DNA from: Verrucomicrobiota bacterium
Lineage (GTDB): Bacteria; Verrucomicrobiota; Verrucomicrobiia; Limisphaerales; SXQI01
NCBI GenBank assembly: GCA_033762115.1
Contig: JANRLX010000082.1
Span: forward strand, 1-10,237
DNA: 10,237 nt
Direction of reading: 5' to 3'
Positions within the stretch are counted from its first letter, which is position 1; every line of letters starts with the position of its first letter. Of this stretch, positions 1 to 6,424 are shown piece by piece. The notes under the pieces were generated by a model. It was given only the letters and a program-made list of their open reading frames with translations, was not told where the DNA came from and did no database searches. Both the position numbers and the translations under genes were made by a program.

Positions 1-96
1 GGCCATCGAACGAGTTGCCGTGGAGGAGAGATCAACGGGGACTTGTTCCAGGGCCGTGACAATTTTCAAGCGCAGCGGGTGGCTGCGTGAGGCCAT
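1..96 (-). CDS. Possible 5' end of a divergently transcribed hypothetical protein (partial, runs off the left edge)
   Basis: Minus-strand ATG at 96-94 opens MASRSHPLRLKIVTALEQVPVDLSSTATRSMA, open to position 1. An in-frame TAA lies just upstream (111-109), the leader is A/C-rich, and a minus-strand TTGACA sits at 189-184. Only 32 codons are visible, so the product cannot be assigned. Confidence 0.35.
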   Translation of the reverse strand, partial: MASRSHPLRLKIVTALEQVPVDLSSTATRSMA

Positions 97-160
97 CTGC
101 CAGTGGGTTTATGTTGTTTTGACTAGTTATCTATTCTTCAAGTTTTCCTTTCCGGGGATG

Positions 161-189
161 AGAGTGGCAGTTTTGGTGGAAGCTGTCAA
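161..189 (-). promoter_or_regulatory. Putative sigma70-type promoter for the leftward gene
   Basis: Perfect TTGACA on the minus strand (tgtcaa, 184-189), a 17-nt spacer, then CACTCT (166-161), which keeps the A2 and T6 of the -10 consensus. It lies in an AT-rich intergenic stretch. Confidence 0.45.
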
Positions 190-214
190 CTAAAACAGTT
201 GTATTTAATAACAG
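183..214. promoter_or_regulatory. Tandem dyad sites, candidate transcription-factor operator
   Basis: CTGT-caactaaa-ACAG (183-198) directly abuts TTGT-atttaata-ACAG (199-214). A nested CAACT-N5-AGTTG dyad spans 187-201. The first site overlaps the minus-strand -35. Confidence 0.3.
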
Positions 215-286
215 GTATTGAGAATGGTTTATTCGCGGGGAGATTTGCGAAGGATTTTGTTGGCTTTCTGGAAGGAAGTCGTCGGC

Positions 287-315
287 TTGACGGGTCAGAG
301 CGGGGAGTTCAAGTT
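287..315 (+). promoter_or_regulatory. Putative sigma70-type promoter of the zinc-ribbon gene (leaderless or near-leaderless)
   Basis: TTGACG (287-292), 17-nt spacer, CAAGTT (310-315). The ATG at 324 follows after only 8 intervening nt. Confidence 0.45.
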
Positions 316-323
316 CAGGGGCG

Positions 324-593
324 ATGAAACCGGATTACTGCCCGAATTGTGGTGAGGAGGTTCCGCCACGGGCGAAGGCGTGTCCGGGTTGTGGTTCCGA
401 TGAGACGACCGGGTGGTCTGAACGGGCGCATGCGGAGAACCTGGGAATTCCTGATGACTCGTTTGATTACAATGAATACATCAAACGGGAATTTGAGGGG
501 GAAACGAGGTCGCGGAGAAATCGAGTTTGGGTAGTCGTTGCGGCCATTCTGCTCGTCGTTTTCCTGTATTTTACAATCGGTGGAATGTTTTGA
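324..593 (+). CDS. Small zinc-ribbon domain protein with a C-terminal transmembrane helix (function unknown)
   Basis: 89 aa. CPNCG-x9-CPGCG (two CxxC knuckles), an acidic/aromatic middle (DDSFDYNEYIKREF), a basic RSRRNR stretch, then hydrophobic VWVVVAAILLVVFLYFTI. Confidence 0.85.
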   Translation: MKPDYCPNCGEEVPPRAKACPGCGSDETTGWSERAHAENLGIPDDSFDYNEYIKREFEGETRSRRNRVWVVVAAILLVVFLYFTIGGMF

Positions 594-595
594 TT

Positions 596-675
596 CGAAG
601 CCAGGAGATTTTAAGTGGATGGGCTGGTTTTAACTTCGTTGCGCCTCGCATTCGGCTAAAATCCCTGGCAATTCG
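596..675. repeat. Long imperfect inverted repeat (hairpin) filling most of the intergenic region
   Basis: CGAA(596-599)/TTCG(672-675), GCCAGG(600-605)/CCTGGC(664-669), GATTTT(607-612)/AAAATC(658-663), AGT(614-616)/GCT(655-657) and GGATG(617-621)/CATTC(649-653), with small bulges and G-U pairs. Confidence 0.6.
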
Positions 676-704
676 CAAGGAGTCCATTTAAGAGATAGTT
701 TCTC

Positions 705-1775
705 ATGCCCGAGCCAGCTTCCAGAGAACCGAATGCCACGCCGCATCGGCGGCGACCCCGTTACCGTGGGACGCATCCGCGCTCCTTTTCTGAAAAGTAT
801 AAGGAGCAGAATCCGGAGCGGTATGGGGAGACTGTGGAGAAGGTGATTTCATCGGGAAAGACCCCGGCGGGAATGCATCGACCGATCATGGTGAGGGAGG
901 TCATGGAGGTGTTGCGTCCGGCAGCGGGGGAGGTGGGTGTGGATGCGACGCTGGGTTATGGAGGGCATTGCGAGCGGTTGCTGGCAAGTGTTTTGCCGGG
1001 GGGGAAGGTGATTGGATTGGATGTTGATCCGATTGAGTTGCCGAGGACAGAGGAGCGTCTTCGGGCAAAGGGGTATGGACCGAGGGAATTTGTGGCGGTG
1101 CAATCGAATTATGCCGGGATCAGCAAAGCGGTGGCTGCGGAGGGGTTGGAAGGGGTGGATTTTGTCCTGGCTGATCTTGGGGTCTCCTCAATGCAGATTG
1201 ATGACCCGAGGAGGGGGTTCACGTTTAAGCAGGCAGGGCCGCTTGATTTACGGATGAACCCGAACCGGGGTGAGCCGGCGGCACGGTTGCTGGAGAAAAC
1301 GGATGCGGCGACACTGGAAGGGATCCTGATGGAGAATGCGGATGAGCCGAATGCGCGTGCGTTGTCGCGAGCGATGGAGGAGCGACAGAAGGAGAAGCCA
1401 ATCAGGACGACGGTTGAGTTGCGGGACCTGATTCGGCAGGAGATTGAACGGTTGCATGGGAGGGGGAGCGACTGGCAATCGGCGGCGCAACGGGTTTTTC
1501 AGGCGTTGCGGATTGTGGTGAATGATGAATTTTCGGCGCTGGAATCGTTTTTGCGGCAGTTGCCGGGGGTGACGCGAGGGGGTGGAAGGATTGTGATTTT
1601 AACTTTTCATTCGGGTGAGGACCGGCGGGTGAAGCATGCATTTCGTGAGGGGTTTGAAAGGGGAGTTTATTCGAGTGTGTCGGGGGAGGTGGGGCGAGCG
1701 AGTCTGGAGGAGCGCCGGGAGAATCCGCGAAGCAGTCCGGCGAAGTTGCGCTGGGCAGTGCGTGGGAAGGGATAA
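705..1775 (+). CDS. rsmH: RsmH (MraW)-family SAM-dependent methyltransferase, stand-alone paralog type with N-terminal extension
   Basis: 356 aa with RsmH motifs HRPIM, DATLGYGGH, LDVD, ADLGVSSMQID, RGF..GPLDLRM, RVFQALRIVVNDE, FHSGEDRRVK and ENPRSSPAKLR. It has about 55 extra N-terminal residues (HRRRPRYRGTHPRSFSEKYKE...GKTPAG) and is not flanked by mraZ/ftsL. Confidence 0.9.
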   Translation: MPEPASREPNATPHRRRPRYRGTHPRSFSEKYKEQNPERYGETVEKVISSGKTPAGMHRPIMVREVMEVLRPAAGEVGVDATLGYGGHCERLLASVLPGGKVIGLDVDPIELPRTEERLRAKGYGPREFVAVQSNYAGISKAVAAEGLEGVDFVLADLGVSSMQIDDPRRGFTFKQAGPLDLRMNPNRGEPAARLLEKTDAATLEGILMENADEPNARALSRAMEERQKEKPIRTTVELRDLIRQEIERLHGRGSDWQSAAQRVFQALRIVVNDEFSALESFLRQLPGVTRGGGRIVILTFHSGEDRRVKHAFREGFERGVYSSVSGEVGRASLEERRENPRSSPAKLRWAVRGKG

Positions 1776-1834
1776 CGATAACGTGGGGAAAAGGGGGATT
1801 CGGGGGAGTGTGGGCGTGGGTGAGTTTTTGAGGC

Positions 1835-1863
1835 TTGACGGTGGTTTCAGGGGACCGTACCTT
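1835..1863 (+). promoter_or_regulatory. Putative sigma70 promoter of the nusA operon
   Basis: TTGACG (1835-1840), exactly 17 nt, TACCTT (1858-1863). This predicts a start near 1870 and a leader of about 100 nt before the nusA ATG at 1968. Confidence 0.7.
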
Positions 1864-1901
1864 ATTGAGGTCAAAGATTTTATTGCTGGGTTGCCAGCGC
1901 C

Positions 1902-1933
1902 AAAGTCGTCGGAGAAAATCTGCCGACTTTTTT
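1902..1933 (+). terminator. Intrinsic terminator-like hairpin in the nusA 5' leader (candidate attenuator)
   Basis: AAAGTCG(1902-1908)/CGACTTT(1924-1930), a T-C mismatch, an inner CGGA/TCTG stem and a GAAAA loop, with a T6 run at 1928-1933. It lies between the predicted promoter and the nusA start. Confidence 0.65.
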
Positions 1934-1967
1934 ATTCCCCGGATGGAGGGGAAATATAGAGCGAATT

Positions 1968-3239
1968 ATGAACGCGGAGTTATTAGCCGTTTTAGATTTT
2001 TGGGAACGGGAAAAGGGCATTAGCCGGGATGTTCTGCTCGCTGCTGTACAGGAAGCTTTGTTATCGGCGGCGAAAAAAGCAGTTGGCCCGGCGCGGGAAC
2101 TCCGTGTGGCGATTGAACCGAAGTCAGGTGATATCAAGGCGTTTGCGAAGTTAATCGTGACGGACAAGGTGCTCTCGAAGCATGACCAGATCTCGATTTT
2201 TGATGCGCGGCGGATCAAGTCGGAAGCGCAGGTGGGGGATGAGCTTGAAGTGGAGGTGACGCCGGCGAATTTCGGGCGGATCGCGAGCCAGAATGCGAAG
2301 CAGGCATTGATGCAGCATATCCGGCGGGCGGAGAAGCAGTTGATTTTTGCAGAGTTCAAGGACCGGGCGGGTGATATTGTGAGCGGGGTGGTGCGACGTT
2401 TTGAGAGGTCTGATGTGACGGTGGATTTGGGGAAGTATGAGGCGTTGCTGCCGAACCGTGAGCGGGTGCCGACGGAGGAGTATCAGATCGGGGAAAGAAT
2501 TCGTTGTTACGTGCGGGCTGTGGAAAACACGACGCATGGGCCGGAGATCATTCTTTCACGGGCTGACCCGCAGTTTGTGGTGAAGTTGTTCCAGCTGGAA
2601 GTTTCAGAGATCAACGATGGAACGATTGAGATCAAAGGGGTTGCGCGTGAGCCTGGTTTCCGGACGAAGCTTGCGGTGTATTCGCGGGATGAGAAGGTGG
2701 ACCCGGTGGGGGCGTGCGTGGGATTGCGCGGGCAGCGGGTGAAGAACATTGTTCGAGAGTTGAACAATGAGAAGATCGATATCATCAAGTGGGACCCGAA
2801 CATCAAGACGTATGTAGCGAATGCGCTTGCGCCAGCGAAGTTAAAGGCTTTTGAAGTGGATGAGGCCAATCGGCGGGTAAAAATCCTGGTGAGCGATGAT
2901 CAGCTTTCCCTGGCGATTGGAAAACGTGGGCAGAATGCGCGACTGACATCGAAATTGACCGGCTGGCATATTGATATTGAGGCTGAGGCGGTTGTGACGA
3001 TGGGCTTTGAGCAGAAGGTGCAACAGGCAGTGGATGCGCTGGCGGCGATTCCGGGAATTACCGGGGAGCAGGCGAATGTGTTGGTGCATCGCGGATTCCT
3101 GTCGTTTGAGGATCTGTTGCAAGCAGAAGTGGGTGATTTGGCGGATATTACGGAGTTGGCGGACCAGGCGGAGAAGATTATCGAAGCGGTCCAAACCGAG
3201 AAGGTTCGCCGGGAATCGGGAGCAAACGCGGTTAAATGA
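1968..3239 (+). CDS. nusA: Transcription termination/antitermination factor NusA
   Basis: 423 aa. N-terminal domain (EREKGISRDVL...FGRIASQNAKQ), S1 domain, ILSRA, KH1 (AREPGFRTKLAV, DPVGACVGLRGQRVKNIVRELNNEKIDII), KH2 (QLSLAIGKRGQNARLTSKLTGWHIDI) and one C-terminal HhH-like repeat. Confidence 0.98.
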   Translation: MNAELLAVLDFWEREKGISRDVLLAAVQEALLSAAKKAVGPARELRVAIEPKSGDIKAFAKLIVTDKVLSKHDQISIFDARRIKSEAQVGDELEVEVTPANFGRIASQNAKQALMQHIRRAEKQLIFAEFKDRAGDIVSGVVRRFERSDVTVDLGKYEALLPNRERVPTEEYQIGERIRCYVRAVENTTHGPEIILSRADPQFVVKLFQLEVSEINDGTIEIKGVAREPGFRTKLAVYSRDEKVDPVGACVGLRGQRVKNIVRELNNEKIDIIKWDPNIKTYVANALAPAKLKAFEVDEANRRVKILVSDDQLSLAIGKRGQNARLTSKLTGWHIDIEAEAVVTMGFEQKVQQAVDALAAIPGITGEQANVLVHRGFLSFEDLLQAEVGDLADITELADQAEKIIEAVQTEKVRRESGANAVK

Positions 3240-3313
3240 TATGAGTAGGGTGAAGAGAGTCATCATGTAGTGCATGAAGACCTGTTTACCAGAGTGGTTG
3301 GTTTTAAAGAATT

Positions 3314-6010
3314 ATGCCCGTTCGGATTTACGACATAGCAAGAAAGCTGGGGATCGAAAGCAAGGATGTCATTGCCAAGGCAAAGGAATTGGGCATTACA
3401 GCTGCGAAGGTGCCATCGAGTTCGTTGGATAAGATAACGGCGGAGTATCTTGAGGAGCAGTTTGCGGGAGTCAAAAAGCAGCATGAGCCAATCCCCTCCG
3501 AACCGGTTGCGATCATTACCGCGCCCGAACCAGCAGCAGCAGTAAGCGTAGAGCCTGCGCCTGCAGCTGTGGTTGAAGTTCCTGTTGAAACGAAGCCGGT
3601 TGCGCCCGAGCCCGCGCAGGCTGTGGCGGAACCGGTGATTGAAGTGGAGGAGGCGGTGGTTGCCAAGACAGCGCCACCGGAACCCGAAGTGGAGAAAGTC
3701 GTGCCTGTTGCCGTGGCCCCGGCGCCTGAGGTGACAGTGGTTCCAGCGGCGCCTGCGCCTGCGTCCACCCCAATCACTCCGACGTTGCCTCCCGCTCCGG
3801 TGCCAGCACCCCCGGCGCAGCCAGTGCCAGCGCCAGTGGCGCAAGCTCCAGCACCTGTGCCACCAGCAGCGCCCGCGCCTCCGGCCGGACCGCAACTTGG
3901 TTCGAAGGTGGGATTTATCCAATTGCCACCGAAGCCGCAGCCGCGGACGGGGGACAAGGTGGGGTCTGTGAAGTTGCCGCCGCGTCCGGGGCAGCCTGCC
4001 CAGGGGGCGGGTGGAGGACGCCCGCCAGAGAATCGAAACCAGCCGCAGCAGCAGCGATTTGGGAACCAGCAACCGCAACGGGGTGGCGGACAAAATTTCC
4101 AGCAACGGGGTGGTGGCGGCGGTCAAGGGAACCGGCCGGGATTCACGCAAAATCGCGGCGACCAGCGGCAGCCTGCGGCGGCTCCGGCTGAGGCGCGGTT
4201 TGTTCCGCCGTCAACGGGGACGTTGATTTCGTTGAAGCCACCGATTGTGGTGCGTGATCTTGCGGAGCAGTTAAAAAAGAAGCCGTTCCAGTTGATCGCG
4301 GATTTGATGGAGCTGAACGTTTTTGCAAACGTCAACCAGGCGATTGATGAGCAGACAGCGCAACGGCTTTGCGCGAAATATGGGTTTCGCTTTGAGGTTG
4401 AGAAGCGTGAGCGTGGAGCGGGGGTTGTCCATGCGCCGGTGCGGAAAGTGGAACTGGATGTTGATGACAAGGTTGAGGACCTCAAGCCGCGCGCGCCGGT
4501 GGTGACGATCATGGGGCATGTGGACCATGGCAAAACGACGTTGCTGGATGTGATCCGGAAAGCGAACGTGGCATCGGGCGAGGCAGGCGGGATCACCCAG
4601 CATATCGGGGCCTACACGATTTCCATTCCGCACCCGGAACGGCCGAAGGATTTGCAACAGATCACGTTCCTGGATACTCCCGGTCATGCAGCATTTTCGT
4701 CGATGCGGGCACGCGGGGCGAATGTGACGGACATTGTGATCCTGGTGGTGGCAGCGAATGACGGGGTGATGCCGCAAACGTTGGAAGCATTGAGCCATGC
4801 GCAGGCGGCGAAGGTGCCGATCATTGTTGCGGTCAACAAGGTTGATCATCCCAATGCGAACCCTGTGAGGGTGCGGCAGCAGTTGCAGGAGAAGGGGGTT
4901 GTGTGCGAGGAGTGGGGTGGCGAAACGATTTTCCAGGATGTTTCCGCGCTGACCAAGGTGGGGATTGACAAGTTGCTTGAGCTGGTGGTGTTGCAGGCCG
5001 AGATCATGGAGTTGAAGGCCAATCCAAATCGGCGTGCCAAAGGGAATGTGATTGAATCGGGCCTGGAGCCGGGGGGGCCCACAGCGACGGTGCTGGTGCG
5101 AAAAGGGACGTTGCGTGTGGGAGATGTGGTGATTTGCGGGTCGTACTACGGACGAGTGCGGGCGTTAATCAGCGAAGATGGGGCGCGGCAAAAGGAGGCC
5201 GGGCCTTCGGTGGCGGTGAAGCTGCTTGGATTGAACGGGGTTCCTGAAGCGGGGCTGGAATTCAGCGCGGTTGAAAATGAAAAGGCGGCGAGGGCGCTGG
5301 CGGAGGAGCGAGACCAGCATGACAAGAAGCAGGAAGCTGAACGGCGACCGAAGGTAACGCTGGAGAATCTTTTTGATACGCTGGCGGAGGAGAGCTCCAA
5401 GATTCTCAAGGTGGTGGTGAAGGCGGACACCCAGGGATCCGTGGAAGCGATTGTGGAAGCGCTGAAAAAGATCGAAACGAACAACAAAGTGGCGCTGGAT
5501 ATCATTCATAGCGCGGTGGGAACGATCACTGAGTCTGACGTGATCCTGGCTTCAGCCTCCAAAGCGATTGTGCTTGGGTTCCATACACGGATTGACAACG
5601 GTGTTTCGGACATTGCCAAGCGTGAAGGGGTGCAGATCAAGCTTTATGCGATTATTTACGAGTTGATCGACCAGGTGAAGGAGGCGATGGCGGGATTGCT
5701 CGACCCGTTGTTGAAGGATGTGGTGATCGGCTCGGCGGAAGTGCGAAAGATTTTCGAACTCTCCAAGGGAGGGAGTGTGGCGGGTTGCGTGGTGGCAAGC
5801 GGGCGTATTGTGAAGGGAAAAATGCGCGTCATGCGACGGAAGGGGCTTATATATGAAGGCGTTTCGCAATCGTTGCGGCGGTTCCAGGATGAAGTGAATG
5901 AAGTGCGCGCTGGGATGGAGTGCGGAATCCGGCTGGATGGATTCGACGATTTCCAGGTGGGTGATTCGATCGAGTGTTATACGCTGGAGAAGGTGGCGCA
6001 AAAACTGTGA
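3314..6010 (+). CDS. infB: Translation initiation factor IF-2
   Basis: 898 aa. IF2_N start ([12 protein letters not shown]), G-domain [40 protein letters not shown] and NKVD, and C-terminal [10 protein letters not shown] and [20 protein letters not shown]. It follows nusA. Confidence 0.99.
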   Translation: MPVRIYDIARKLGIESKDVIAKAKELGITAAKVPSSSLDKITAEYLEEQFAGVKKQHEPIPSEPVAIITAPEPAAAVSVEPAPAAVVEVPVETKPVAPEPAQAVAEPVIEVEEAVVAKTAPPEPEVEKVVPVAVAPAPEVTVVPAAPAPASTPITPTLPPAPVPAPPAQPVPAPVAQAPAPVPPAAPAPPAGPQLGSKVGFIQLPPKPQPRTGDKVGSVKLPPRPGQPAQGAGGGRPPENRNQPQQQRFGNQQPQRGGGQNFQQRGGGGGQGNRPGFTQNRGDQRQPAAAPAEARFVPPSTGTLISLKPPIVVRDLAEQLKKKPFQLIADLMELNVFANVNQAIDEQTAQRLCAKYGFRFEVEKRERGAGVVHAPVRKVELDVDDKVEDLKPRAPVVTIMGHVDHGKTTLLDVIRKANVASGEAGGITQHIGAYTISIPHPERPKDLQQITFLDTPGHAAFSSMRARGANVTDIVILVVAANDGVMPQTLEALSHAQAAKVPIIVAVNKVDHPNANPVRVRQQLQEKGVVCEEWGGETIFQDVSALTKVGIDKLLELVVLQAEIMELKANPNRRAKGNVIESGLEPGGPTATVLVRKGTLRVGDVVICGSYYGRVRALISEDGARQKEAGPSVAVKLLGLNGVPEAGLEFSAVENEKAARALAEERDQHDKKQEAERRPKVTLENLFDTLAEESSKILKVVVKADTQGSVEAIVEALKKIETNNKVALDIIHSAVGTITESDVILASASKAIVLGFHTRIDNGVSDIAKREGVQIKLYAIIYELIDQVKEAMAGLLDPLLKDVVIGSAEVRKIFELSKGGSVAGCVVASGRIVKGKMRVMRRKGLIYEGVSQSLRRFQDEVNEVRAGMECGIRLDGFDDFQVGDSIECYTLEKVAQKL
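3485..3895 (+). repeat. Pro/Ala/Val/Glu low-complexity linker within infB
   Basis: Degenerate APAP/PVPAP/VAPEP repeats encoded by ccagc/gccc-type repeats. Boundaries are approximate. Confidence 0.8.
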
Positions 6011-6030
6011 ACGTTTACACGTTCAGCGTT

Positions 6031-6035
6031 GGAGG
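6031..6035 (+). promoter_or_regulatory. Shine-Dalgarno site for rbfA
   Basis: GGAGG followed by 11 nt and the ATG at 6047. Confidence 0.5.
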
Positions 6036-6046
6036 AATATTAAGCG

Positions 6047-6424
6047 ATGGCTTCATTGCGACAGGAACGCGTTCGGGAACTTCTGAAGCGGCAGGTAGGG
6101 GAGATCATACGACGGGAATTGCCGGTTGAGGAGGTGGGGATCATTACAGTCAACGAGATTGGTGTTTCCAATGACCTGCATTCGGCGAAAGTGTTTGTTG
6201 GGCTGGTGGGAAACGATCTGCAACGGAAACGAGCGGTCGAACTGCTGAAAAAGGAATCCAAACGGATCCAGTCGTTGCTGGGCCGGGCAGTGATCCTGAA
6301 GTACACCCCTCAACTGAGCTTTGTGGTTGATGATTCGATTACAAAGGGAAATCGCGTATTGCAAATTTTAGACGAATTGGAAAAGGACTCTCCGCAGGAT
6401 GAAGACACATCCGAAAATCATTGA
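6047..6424 (+). CDS. rbfA: 30S ribosome-binding factor RbfA
   Basis: 125 aa. RQERVRELLKRQVGEII, ITVNEIGVSNDLHSAKVFV and LKYTPQLSFVVDDSI are typical RbfA segments. It is in the canonical position after infB. Confidence 0.96.
   Translation: MASLRQERVRELLKRQVGEIIRRELPVEEVGIITVNEIGVSNDLHSAKVFVGLVGNDLQRKRAVELLKKESKRIQSLLGRAVILKYTPQLSFVVDDSITKGNRVLQILDELEKDSPQDEDTSENH

Noticed and set aside
183..198. Calling this site a bona fide LexA SOS box
   Set aside because: It matches the E. coli-type consensus, but the likely host lineage uses a different LexA motif and no SOS gene is identifiable here. It is kept only as a generic operator candidate.
666..682. TGGCA as a sigma54 -24 box and AAGGAG (677-682) as the rsmH SD
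   Set aside because: There is no TTGC at the -12 position, and the AAGGAG is 22 nt from the ATG, too far for an SD.
1636..2023. ORFs 1636-1959 and 1835-2023 (+) as a possible rimP remnant or leader peptide
   Set aside because: They show no RimP-like motifs, overlap rsmH or nusA out of frame, and run through the promoter and terminator elements.
3700..3890. Short ccagc/gccagt repeats as a CRISPR array or VNTR
   Set aside because: They are degenerate, in-frame codon repeats without a constant repeat-spacer period, and no cas genes are present.
3263..4150. Long antisense ORFs over the infB N-terminus (3263-4150, 295 aa; 3328-3957, 209 aa, Gly/Ala/Thr-rich)
   Set aside because: These are shadows of the GC-rich Pro/Ala repeat codons of infB, with no recognisable domain.
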